Under the pieces are notes generated by a model. It was not told the origin of the DNA. It worked only from the letters and a program-made list of their open reading frames with translations, and made no database searches. DNA of 64,000 nucleotides, taken from NCBI GenBank assembly GCA_013180605.1, contig QBUL01000189.1, positions 2,483 through 66,482 of the forward strand, in the 5' to 3' direction. The stretch's first letter is position 1; every line of letters starts with the position of its first letter. Origin of the DNA: Candidatus Methanophagaceae archaeon GoMg1 (GTDB lineage: Archaea > Halobacteriota > Syntropharchaeia > Alkanophagales > Methanospirareceae). The position numbers and the translations under genes are program-made. This document shows positions 51,036-60,782 of this stretch, in pieces.

Positions 51036-51662
51036 ATGGAATATCTCATGCCTCTATTGAAAGGGGGTTTTCCAGTCTATTGGACTGAAATCTGTGCTCT
51101 TACTATGGTGCGTGTCACTGGCAATGTACCGTTGAAACGGGTAAAGGATGCATGGGAGAAACTCTACAATGCAGAAGACATCAAACCACATCTAAATCCG
51201 AAGAATCTCACCAAAGTTATGCGTGAAGTAGGTGTAAACCGGGCTGGCCAGAACGTTATCTTCAAGGAACTTGCAGATCTGAGCAAACAGCTTGTTTATG
51301 ATCTAAGCTCAGTGTTCTCACGCTCTATGAGTATCAGCCAGGCGGAAAAGGGCTATAACAAGGATAAGATACACGTACCTCAGATTAATCTCGCACTTCT
51401 CTGCAGTGCCGATTCAGGATTGCCAACAATGATACGATCCCTGCCTGGCAGTGTGAAGGATATAAAAACCCTGTATTACTCGATCGATGAACTCGATATA
51501 GGTGGGAAGATTCCCATTTCTACGGTACGCGCATCCATCTCAACAAGCACCTTTACTATCACAATCGTTTGATCATGTGTGGGAAACGAAAGTGTGACAA
51601 TATCTTCCTGTACTTATTCAAGGATCAGGATCTCATGCTGGAAGAGCGTAAGACCCTGTATA

Positions 51663-52490
51663 CCTAAGTTTCAGAGTATAAATAATCATAGACATTCTAT
51701 CAACAAACTTTGCCACTATTTCCAGTAAACGGAGGAGGCATTTGATTAGCTATTCGCATACGTAGTCAATAACAGATATGCGTCACCACGGAAATAAAAG
51801 CACCCTTTGTGAACAGCTATCGTCCCAGATAACCTTAAATTTACGGGCAAAGCAGAAATAAATCGAGAAGCTTTTTATTGTGTATTCACTAACTTAAACA
51901 TTATGCAACTGAAGGTTGTTTCAAAGGTTAAAGCGATAGTGAAGGGCGTGAGTACCTATTTCAAATGCACATACGCCTCAGAGGGGGGCCGGATAACAAT
52001 TGATTTTAATAGGCGTGATGGTAAAATAGCGGATGCTGAGCGACTTGATGGTAAGTACGCATTGGTGAGCACGCGGATTACGATGAGCGCAAAAGAGATA
52101 ATTTCTGCATATAACGGGGCTCCGCCCCGTTGACCCCGAAAACCCTGTAAGGGTTTAATGACAAGGACGGGATAGAAAAGGCGTTTTGCTGCATTAAACA
52201 GCCGATTGGACTCAGACCGATAAGGCATTGGTTGGATGGAAGGGTTAAAGCCCACATATTCATATGCTACCTTTCATATCTATTGATGAAAACTCTTGAA
52301 TACATGCTCCAAAAAGGAGGATTGAAGATGAGCGCCGAGTATGCGTTGAAACAACTGGGTCGGGTGAAGTATGTTGTAGTCACTAATCCAAATGGGGGCA
52401 TCACAACATCTAAATTGTCCATTCCCTCACGGGAACAAAGGCAAATTATGGATGTGCTGGGGGTCGAGTATATAAAGTCTGAAACTTAGG
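51663..52490 (+). mobile_element. Internally deleted IS1634-like element with CCTAAGTTTCAGA TIRs and a 6-bp TSD
   Basis: Perfect 13-bp TIR; TGTATA at 51657-51662 and 52491-52496; retains the transposase C-terminus (DGKYAL.ST, LRPIRHW, RVKAHIFICYLSY). Confidence 0.9.
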
Positions 52491-53000
52491 TGTATAAGAA
52501 ACTGGATGAGAACAAGATGGATAAGAAAGAGCTAAGGGCGCAGATGAAGAAGGCTGGGAAGATCCTCATACTCTCAAATCTTGATCTCGAAGAACATGAG
52601 ATTTGTGAGCTACATAAGAAACGTGAATGGGTTAAGAAGATGTTTGACACCTACAAAACAATGCTTAATGCTGATAAAATCTACTTACAGGACGATGAGA
52701 GTGTCTTTGGACATGTGTTCATATCGTTTCTGTCCCTTTACATCCACTGTAAACTGGAACAGCTCTTAAAGAAGGCAAAACTCAATCATAAGCTCACTCC
52801 GATTGATCTATTATTCAAATATGGCAAAGTATATCATGTCAAGCTGGGCAATAGCAGCATGATCACCGAGGTTCCAAAGAAGGTAGGGGATCTGGAGGAA
52901 AAACTTGGGTTGAACATATTCCCTAGGTGATACGGTGTTAAGGTTAATAGAGATAAAAGTGAAAAGGAACCACTGTTGATCCGAAAAAGAAGGCAACGAC

Positions 53001-53678
53001 ATGGTAAAAAGAACCGACTTGAACACGGACAGATATTACAAAAGAGCGAAGGCAGAAGGTTACAGGGCACGTTCCGCGTTTAAACTGTTGCAAATCGTCA
53101 ATAAGTTTGAAGTGATAAAAGAAGGCGACATTGTTGTGGATCTGGGTGCGGCCCCTGGCGGATGGTCGCAGGTTGCAAAAGAGATAGTTGGAGAGAAAGG
53201 AGTAGTTATAAGCGTGGATTTGCAGCAAATAGAACCAATAGAAGGTGTGGAATCACTAAAAAGCGATATAACAAACGAAATGGAAACGATAAAGACGATC
53301 AAAGAGACGCTATTAATGAAGATTTCGAAAGGAAAGGATCTGGTGGACGTCGTTTTATCGGATGCATCGCCAAAGTTAAGTGGGAACAGAGATTATGACC
53401 ATTTTCGGTCATTTGAGCTGGCTAAATCCGTATTGAACGTTGCTTCTGCGCTTTTACGTAATAACGGCAGTTTTGTTGCAAAAATATTCCAGGGTGTTTG
53501 CTATAACGAATTTTACAAGGATGTACAGGAAAAATTCGCGTATACAAAGGCATATTCGCCAGCAGCCACACGTAAAAGAAGTGCAGAGGTTTACGTGATA
53601 GGAAAAGGTTTTCTTGGCAATCAAAATTCACCGCAGAGAACGCTGAGTTCGCAGAGAAAATTAGATGTCAGGTGTTAG
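53001..53678 (+). CDS. rlmE: 23S rRNA 2'-O-methyltransferase RlmE/FtsJ
   Basis: GYRARSAFKL, VVDLGAAPGGWSQ, VVLSDASP, FVAKIF, SAEVY. Confidence 0.95.
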   Translation: MVKRTDLNTDRYYKRAKAEGYRARSAFKLLQIVNKFEVIKEGDIVVDLGAAPGGWSQVAKEIVGEKGVVISVDLQQIEPIEGVESLKSDITNEMETIKTIKETLLMKISKGKDLVDVVLSDASPKLSGNRDYDHFRSFELAKSVLNVASALLRNNGSFVAKIFQGVCYNEFYKDVQEKFAYTKAYSPAATRKRSAEVYVIGKGFLGNQNSPQRTLSSQRKLDVRC

Positions 53679-53790
53679 TAGCTGTTCTAAACCGCTAAAC
53701 TGCTATCCTCTGCGCTCTCTGTGAACTCTGCGGTTAACCGGCTGGTATTGTCAAGTTAAATAACTACGTAGGAAGTTATACATTATGCAC
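53621..53790 (+). repeat. Family B hairpin repeat followed by a family A right tail
   Basis: Inverse match to 18895-19045; ends GGAAGTTATACATTAT; supplies the rlmE stop codon. Confidence 0.8.
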
Positions 53791-53834
53791 ATTAATAAGC
53801 AAAAAGGCTAAGGGGGATATTATTACGGATAAGA

Positions 53835-54797
53835 ATGCAAATGAACTTCCTGCTTGCTCATCTGGCTATTTTTGTAATCGCAATACTTATGGACGTAACG
53901 GTAGGCGACCCCCCGGAGAGAACGGAAAAATATTACCCGATTGTGTGGATAAGTCGGCTGATGTATTTCTTTGATAGAATAACGAAGAGGGGGAATGCGA
54001 GAAAGGAGAAAATCCTTGGCGTAATATATCCCATATTGATACTGTTTATTTTCTGCTTGCCTTGTTTAATGCTCATCCGCATACCCCTCCACTATCACTA
54101 CGGGCTTTTATATGTTGTCCTGGTAGCGCTCATTTTCAAGATGACTTTCACGGTAAAGGGGTTAGAAAGATATGGAAGATATGCAATGGAAGCGGTGGAT
54201 TTAGAAGCGAAGAGAGAAGCAGTAGGAAAGATAGTCGGGAGAGACATAGCGGATTTAGATATGGAACATCTCGATTCTGCGGCAGTAGAATCCGTAGCAG
54301 AGAACATAACTGATTCGGTCATAGCCCCTCTCTTCTATTTCGCATTCTTCGGCGTCTTTGGTGCTATGTTTTATCGCGTGATAAATACGTTAGATGCTAC
54401 CGTGGGGTATAAGACCACGAGATACCGGCATTTCGGCTGGTTCTCTGCGAAAGCCGATGACGTACTGAATTACGTGCCAGAGCGGATTGCTGCAGGTTTG
54501 ATTCTATTGTCGGGTGGTTCAAGTACAAAACACGGAGATTTGAGAAGTCATGGTTATGCGAACGAAACTGCTCCTTTGACAATAGCGGCAATGAGCCGAG
54601 TGTTAAAAGTAAAGTTGGAGAAGGTCGGGCATTACGTCGTGGGCGAACGCTTTGAAGGTGCGAGAAGTGAGCATATAGCGGGCGCGATAAGAACAGCAAA
54701 AAGAAGCACGTTTATTTTCGCTCTTGTCTGTATCACGGTTATGATTATTCTTTATTTGGGCGGGTGGAGCTGGTTAAAAATGCAACCTTTCTTTTGA
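53835..54797 (+). CDS. cbiB: Adenosylcobinamide-phosphate synthase
   Basis: GDPP, IVGRD, AAVESVAEN..DS..APLFY, YRVINTLDA.VGYK, DDVLNYVP.R. Confidence 0.93.
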   Translation: MQMNFLLAHLAIFVIAILMDVTVGDPPERTEKYYPIVWISRLMYFFDRITKRGNARKEKILGVIYPILILFIFCLPCLMLIRIPLHYHYGLLYVVLVALIFKMTFTVKGLERYGRYAMEAVDLEAKREAVGKIVGRDIADLDMEHLDSAAVESVAENITDSVIAPLFYFAFFGVFGAMFYRVINTLDATVGYKTTRYRHFGWFSAKADDVLNYVPERIAAGLILLSGGSSTKHGDLRSHGYANETAPLTIAAMSRVLKVKLEKVGHYVVGERFEGARSEHIAGAIRTAKRSTFIFALVCITVMIILYLGGWSWLKMQPFF

Positions 54798-54848
54798 AAA
54801 GAAAGGTTGACCAACATTTTTTTTTTTACCTGCGGTAAAAAACCTTGA

Positions 54849-55058
54849 CTAAAAATATAGTTTAATAGCGGGAATCCAGCCATAATAAATCTTTCCATTT
54901 GCATCTCTGAATTCAGTGCAGTTTATCCCGCCGTTTGCTGTTGGCAGTGCAGGTGTGTGGTGAATTTGTGGATAAGAGCCTGTTTTTATGGTGTAGTTGT
55001 ATGTTTCTGCTTCAAGCGTGGATGGTAATAGGAACATTATACGGTGTGTCCGGTCCAT
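54849..55058 (-). pseudogene. Detached C-terminal half of the recurrent surface-protein C-terminal domain
   Basis: YNYTIKTGSYPQIHH...GGINCTEF.DANGKIYYGWIPAIKL, matching the end of 37203-38348. Confidence 0.75.
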
Positions 55059-55087
55059 GGGAAGTGCTGGAATAGTGCCTTATCCCT

Positions 55088-57421
55088 TCAGTAAAACATA
55101 TAGAATGCATCTCCACCACAATCCCAAGTTGATGGAGCACCTTGCCAGTAATAAATATGTCCACTAGCAAACCCTAATCTGTTTCCAACATAATATCCTA
55201 TTGGACATGGAATAGACTCCAATTGTTCCCAATTATCAGATGAGACACTATAACGATAGAAGTTATATCCAGGGGCTTCTAAACAACTACCACCACCAAG
55301 AGCGAATATATAATCTGGATACTCATTAACCCATAGCAAAGAGCCGCCATCTCCAACGCCTTCACTCTCAGGTATAGGACTCATATCTTCCCAAGCCTTT
55401 GTGGAAATATGGTAGCGAGCAAAATCTCCATTTGGAACAGTCTCATCATATTCTCCCCGCAGTGCATATAAATATTCTCCCCCTGTCCAAACTAAAGAAG
55501 CTCCGTCATCGGTATCCGTCCAAGTTGGATTAAAAGGGAGAGCATTCTAGGAATTGGTAGAAATATTATAGCAAGCAAAAGCAGTTCCATGACCTTTGCT
55601 TCCTATTATGGCATAAATGTTATATCCCGACCATGTTATGGCATCACCAGCACCTTGGGCATGAGTAGTATCTGTTAATTGTTCCCAACTGTTAGTTGAA
55701 ATATCATAGCGATAGAAAAGGCGACGGTTACTATCGCTATATCTCCCACCAAGTAATACATAGATTGAATCGTCATAATTCCACGCAAGTGCTGCGCCAT
55801 TTCTAAATGCTCCGGTTTGAAGTCCTGATGTATCTCTCGGATCCCAACTATTCGTTGTTGGATTATACCGCCAGAAATAAGGAGTAGAAGAAGCATGCAT
55901 GCATCTCGCAATGTATATGTGGCTGCTTGTTCCAACCACTGCTTCTCCGTAACCACCAGCTTTAGGCGTATCTGCTTTCTCAATCCACCCATGACCTCCT
56001 TCCTGAATGTTAACAGCATAATCTTCTGTATCTCCATAGGTATAGCTTCCACATGGACCGTGATAGGAATAATACTGCTGAACTATTCTCATCCTGGTAC
56101 TTCCCAAAGTGGCATCACTGGGAATGTTAACATTGGCAGAAACAATACCGCCATCTGATGAGCAATGACCCATCTCTATCCCCTCTCCACTATCTTCAAA
56201 ATCTAAATCGTGATTCCAGTCGAAATATGCTTTTACGTATTCTGACCAGCTATCAATCTGACTTATGGTTACCTCTAAGGAATAGGTGCGTCCTCTGACC
56301 ACATCGGTGGAAATAGAAGTATAGTTCGCATAACCATCCCCACCGGAGCTTTTATCAATGGTATTGAACTGAACTCTTGAAATCCATTCCTCATTATAGA
56401 TTGTCCCACCGCAGGAACAATAACCTGAAGGAGGTGTGGGAGGAGTCCTATTCCTATAAGCCATCGTGTATGAACCGTAATTGGTACTATAACCTGAGGC
56501 CTGGATGTAGTACGTGCCTGGGGAGGTTATGCTATACGTGATCTTCGCATTAGTGCCATCACATGCATCATCGTTAGATGTGAGAAATCCTCCTGCTGTA
56601 TCGAAAAGGTAAAGATAGGAATCGTAATTATCACTCCCTCCATCCGCAGAGCAGAGAGAGAACTCATACGTGCCAGTTGTAGTTATGCTCACCGCATATC
56701 GCTTCGTATCTGTGGATGAACTGAGGGAACCTGAAACGGTCTGCCAGCTCGTAGTTGGATAGAGCGTGGTGACATTTGTGGAAGCAGTTCTACCATTGCA
56801 AGTCGTTATTAGACCTGGAGGTGGAGGAGGTGTTGGCGGTGGTGTTGGCGGTGGTGTATCTGTTGTGAAAGTCAGATCGGATCCGTAATCGGTGCCTACA
56901 CCGCTTGATGCTACTGTTCTGAAGTGGTAAGTGGTATCATCATCCAAGCTTGATATGCTTGTACTAAATGAGCCTGCTGATGATTTTGACTGTTCAGGTG
57001 TGGAATAGCCATAAGATGCTGTTTTTCCGTATTCAAACCATAGCTGGCAAGTAATAGAACCCGAATGTTCTTTTACGGGCGCGCCTGTTGAATCAAGGTT
57101 ACCATTTAGCGTTGCTGATATTGTAGTAACACTTGTTGCCACATTGGTTGTAACTTGTGGAGGGCTGTAATCGCTACACAGTGCATAATAAGGAGCACAT
57201 GTCGCTGAGAGTGAAGTCCCGTCACAGCAACAATAACCGATACCGCCATGAGAACATTGGTAACTGCAAACCCCACCGTGCCAAGAACAACATCCGGAGT
57301 GTGCTTCTATGTCTCCGATTGACGCAAATAAAAACAAAGAGACAAGTATTAAAACTATCAGAACCTTCAGAAAACGTATATATCCCTGTTTTGTTTCTTT
57401 TTCCTTATCCTTTCTCTCCAT
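55088..57421 (-). pseudogene. Mosaic secreted protein (Cys-rich, FN3-like, PPC-like, GEVED, Kelch) interrupted by an in-frame TAG at 55547-55549
   Basis: The frame stays open across the TAG into 55088-55384; the TAG occupies the Kelch Trp position; GDTEDY marks the GEVED motif. Confidence 0.8.
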
Positions 57422-57469
57422 AGAACCCCTTCCCTAAATACAAAGTTTTCAACTATAAGTATATCTTTC

Positions 57470-57483
57470 TATACTTAAGTATA
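57470..57483. promoter_or_regulatory. Perfect palindrome TATACTTAAGTATA, candidate operator
   Basis: Lies in the divergent gap between the surface-protein gene and a wHTH regulator. Confidence 0.4.
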
Positions 57484-57536
57484 TAATAATGAACTATAAC
57501 CCTTTATAATAAAACCACCTAACTAACATCTGAGGG

Positions 57537-57878
57537 ATGTTCATGGTGGGTGGAAGAAAAGGATTCGAACTGCTAAATATGATACTGAGCGAGGGGTCGT
57601 TAGAAATACTTGAGGTTGCAAAAGATGGGGAGCCAAAGCATTTTACGGACTTCAGAGAGTTAGTTAATTCTCGAACAGGGAATGTATTTTCACCCAATAC
57701 AATATCCACCCGGTTAAAAGAGCTTGTTGAAGTTGGAGCATTAGAAAGAATCATAACAAAAACGAAGAGAGAGAGGGATGTCGTGGGCTATAAAATAACA
57801 CCAGAGGGGTTAAAAGCACTGGAGATTTCTTATAGATATGAAGAGGAATTGCAAAACTGCTTTGGGAAGGAGAAATAG
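57537..57878 (+). CDS. HxlR/ArsR-like winged-helix regulator
   Basis: PKHFTDF...SPNTISTRLKELVEVG.LER...YKITPEG. Confidence 0.85.
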   Translation: MFMVGGRKGFELLNMILSEGSLEILEVAKDGEPKHFTDFRELVNSRTGNVFSPNTISTRLKELVEVGALERIITKTKRERDVVGYKITPEGLKALEISYRYEEELQNCFGKEK

Positions 57879-58021
57879 AGGGAGCACCTAAGTTTTTTCT
57901 GCAAAAAGTATTAGATAAAGTCTTAAATGAAATAGCCACAATACGGAATTGAAAGTTATTCATATCCAATATCCTTTTTCCTCTAAAATATCACTTATAA
58001 AAGATTCAACAGGAGCGGAAA

Positions 58022-59104
58022 TTGGTCAAACCAAGAACGGCAATACAGGGAATAGAAATTTGTGAGCACGGCGGGAAACGGGAAAAGGATGGAGCGGGTG
58101 GAGTAATAGACTTCAGTACGAATTTGAACCCGTATGGACCGCCGGATTTTGTTTTCCGTGCGATAAAAGAAGCGACACTCGAAATAAACACGTATCCGGA
58201 CACCGAATCCCGCAAGCTGAGGGAGCAGATATCGAAAAAATGTGGATGTGAAGAAGAGGAAGTGTTAGTAGGTGCGGGTGTTTCTGAACTAATCCAGCTT
58301 GTAGCTCTCGCTTTTGTACGAGATGGGGTGCTAATGCTGAAGCACACGTATGGCGAATATGAAGTTGCAGCGAAGATGATGGGCGGAACAATCAAACGAA
58401 TAGAAATGCCGGGTCCTGGTCTGCGTGTGTATCCTGAGCGGATTGTAGAGGAAATGAAACCCGATGACGTGGTATTCCTTTGCAATCCGAATAATCCAAC
58501 AGGGCAGTACCTTGGCAAAGAGGAATTGTGGCAGATAATAGAAGAAGCGGAGAGAGTGGATGCACAGGTAGTGATGGATGAAGCGTATATTGACTTTGTC
58601 GAAAATGCTTTTCTATTGCATACCTTTTCCACGCGGAATTTAGTTATTCTAAGGTCACTGACGAAATCTTATGCAATCCCGGGTATACGGATTGGATACG
58701 CGATTTCGTCTGCAGAGAACATAATGGCGATGAGAAAAGTAAAAGTTCCATGGAGTGTTACCGCATTTGCACAGCGCACAGGGTCGGCAGTGATAAGCGG
58801 CGCAGAAGGTTCAGACGAGTTTTTAGCGGATACGAGGAAGAAGATAAAAAGAAGCAAGGTAAAAATAGAAAACCGGCTTAGAGAGCGGGATATGCACGTA
58901 GAATCAGATGCCAATTTTTATGTTCTGGATGTGGGGCATGAAAAAGCAAGTGAAGTGAAAAGAGAACTTTTGAAGCAGGGGCTTCTGGTGAGAGATTGCA
59001 CGTCCTTTGGCTTGCCTTCGCATATAAGGTTTTCCGTGAGGCAGGAAGAGGAGAATGAGCGGTTAATGGATGCACTATTAGCCCTCAAAAAATCCAAATC
59101 ATAA
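58022..59104 (+). CDS. cobD: Threonine-phosphate decarboxylase (HisC/CobD PLP family)
   Basis: HGG, DFSTNLNPYGPP, CNPNNPTG, DEAYIDF, RSLTKSYAIPGIRIGY, RDCTSF; cobalamin gene context. Confidence 0.85.
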   Translation: MVKPRTAIQGIEICEHGGKREKDGAGGVIDFSTNLNPYGPPDFVFRAIKEATLEINTYPDTESRKLREQISKKCGCEEEEVLVGAGVSELIQLVALAFVRDGVLMLKHTYGEYEVAAKMMGGTIKRIEMPGPGLRVYPERIVEEMKPDDVVFLCNPNNPTGQYLGKEELWQIIEEAERVDAQVVMDEAYIDFVENAFLLHTFSTRNLVILRSLTKSYAIPGIRIGYAISSAENIMAMRKVKVPWSVTAFAQRTGSAVISGAEGSDEFLADTRKKIKRSKVKIENRLRERDMHVESDANFYVLDVGHEKASEVKRELLKQGLLVRDCTSFGLPSHIRFSVRQEEENERLMDALLALKKSKS

Positions 59105-59196
59105 GCACCAAAATCTAAACAAATTCAAATATCTAAATTAAAAATTCTTGTGGAAATCTGTGTAATCTTGTGGTTATAAAAGGAGCAAAGCACGGT

Positions 59197-60246
59197 ATGA
59201 AAATAGAAAGAGAGAAAGGATATATTGCGGTGCATGCGAATGAGGATTTTAATGTCCTGAGTTCTGCAGTCTATAACGGTGGTTCTGTCAGGGCGAGCAG
59301 CACGATAATAAACTTGAACGTGAGCGAGGATTTCCATGGCGATGCTTTTGCGGTCTTTGATTCATTTATCGAGAAAAAAAAATTAGAACGGGAAAAGGTG
59401 GTTGGAATAATGACTGCGGTGCCAATGGAGAATGCCGTAATCAAGAAGAAAGGAGCTATAACGGCGATTATCACCGCGGGCATATCCGCATCAACGATAA
59501 ACATAATCTTAGCGATAGAGAAGAACCTGTCTCAGGCTGCGATGGCAAATACGCTAATTGTAGCAACAGAAGCTAAAACAGCAGCTCTATTTGATCTCGA
59601 TATGCGAGATGAGCAGGGAGACCTGTTTACGGGTGATTCTACTGATTCCGTGGTTGTTGCCTGTTATAGTAAAACCCATTTAGAGAAGGGAGAAGAGGAG
59701 GAGATATTTGCAGGTAAGGCGACGAAGTTAGGAAGTGCCGTGTACGAGGTGGTGAGAAAAGGCGTAAAGGAAGCTCTTTTTCGATACAATGGGTTAACGG
59801 CGGACAGACCGATACTGAAAAGGCTGGAAGAACGAGGGATATATTTGGAAGATATGGTATCAACAGCTCTGGAACTCTATGTGCCACCAGTAGAAGGAGA
59901 AGCAGGGACAGGAGAACAAGAGCTAGAAAGGAGGTTGGAGGCGACAATAAAGAAGGAATGTTCGGATGTGAACGTGGCATTGCTACTGGCAGCGGCGCTT
60001 CATTCGGATGAGGAAGAGATAAGAAAGGGCAGAGCAGGTAAGGCAGGCGAGGAAGATGCAGCATGTATTGTCGCTGATGAGCTAATAGGAATTGACATAG
60101 CGGAATATATAGGGGGAAAAAAGGCGCTTTTTAATTTTTTCTATTACGATACGAGGAAGCCCGGGATATTGAGCCAACTGGATGTTTTCATGGACGATGC
60201 CATAGGTGGACTGATAGCGGGCTGCATGAGTAAGATGCTTGGCTAA
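59197..60246 (+). CDS. cbiS: Bifunctional adenosylcobinamide amidohydrolase / alpha-ribazole phosphatase (CbiZ-CobZ fusion)
   Basis: CbiZ half: LSSAVYNGG, MTAV.M, TINI, TEAK, TG.STD. CobZ half: D.NV, IVADELIG, YD..KPGI...LD.F.DD..GGL.AG. Confidence 0.85.
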   Translation: MKIEREKGYIAVHANEDFNVLSSAVYNGGSVRASSTIINLNVSEDFHGDAFAVFDSFIEKKKLEREKVVGIMTAVPMENAVIKKKGAITAIITAGISASTINIILAIEKNLSQAAMANTLIVATEAKTAALFDLDMRDEQGDLFTGDSTDSVVVACYSKTHLEKGEEEEIFAGKATKLGSAVYEVVRKGVKEALFRYNGLTADRPILKRLEERGIYLEDMVSTALELYVPPVEGEAGTGEQELERRLEATIKKECSDVNVALLLAAALHSDEEEIRKGRAGKAGEEDAACIVADELIGIDIAEYIGGKKALFNFFYYDTRKPGILSQLDVFMDDAIGGLIAGCMSKMLG

Positions 60247-60294
60247 CACTTTTTCATTTTTACAAAAAAGAAAACCTGTGCTAAAAGAAAAAGT

Positions 60295-60510
60295 ATGCAT
60301 GAGTCAGCTACAATTCAAGACGTATACGAAGCGCTGAAGAGACTGGGAGAGAAGATGGCTACACGAGAAGATATTGAAGCACTCGTTGATTCCGTTGAAA
60401 TTATCAGCAATCCAAAAACGATGGAAGCACTCCGAAAAAGTGAAGAAGATATTAAAGCAGGCAGGATTAAGGCAATCACTTCTGTTGAAGATATGCTTAC
60501 TGAGCTGTGA
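60295..60510 (+). CDS. Type II TA antitoxin (RelB/YefM-like C-terminus)
   Basis: LVDSVEIISNP..MEALRKSEEDIKAGR pattern. Confidence 0.7.
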   Translation: MHESATIQDVYEALKRLGEKMATREDIEALVDSVEIISNPKTMEALRKSEEDIKAGRIKAITSVEDMLTEL

Positions 60511-60632
60511 AAATAATCCGGGTAGTAAAGCGAACAGACATGTTCCTTAAACGCCCCTAGTCATTCTTACTTATATGGTGAAAATAATCTGGATAGTAAA
60601 ACGAACTGACACTTTTCTAGCATCTCTCAAAA
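60507..60632 (+). pseudogene. Two tandem truncated RelE/YafQ-like toxin 5' ends
   Basis: GTGAAAATAATCCGGGTAGTAAAGCGAACAGACATGTTCCT and GTGAAAATAATCTGGATAGTAAAACGAACTGACACTTTTCT (IxxVKRTDxFL). Confidence 0.5.
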
Positions 60633-60634
60633 GC

Positions 60635-60775
60635 TACCGCCGAGATCACGGAGAGCGCTGAAATGACAGAAGGTATGAGTTGTGAGTTGTCAGATGTGAG
60701 TTGTGAGTAGCCCTGGAATGGAACCTAAAACCTCGCACCTATACTGTCCTTCTGTGCTCTCAGCGGTAAACAAGA
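60635..60775 (+). repeat. Family B hairpin repeat with TGTGAGT 7-mer units
   Basis: Matches 21452-21585. Confidence 0.8.
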
Positions 60776-60782
60776 GCACCAC

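Larger units (their letters stand above)
50300..52943 (+). mobile_element. IS1634-family element with a transposase pseudogene interrupted by two nested insertions
   Basis: Pieces MEQWAKEW...YWDK..KK....SKYLG, VYDLSS...KGYN...QINLAL...PGSVKDI and GKILILSN...GHVFISFLSL; outer ends are approximate. Confidence 0.85.

Noticed and set aside
55547-55549. Pyrrolysine or amber recoding
   Set aside because: No pyl genes in the window, TAG is used as a normal stop elsewhere (for example 9505-9507), and TGG-to-TAG is a single substitution
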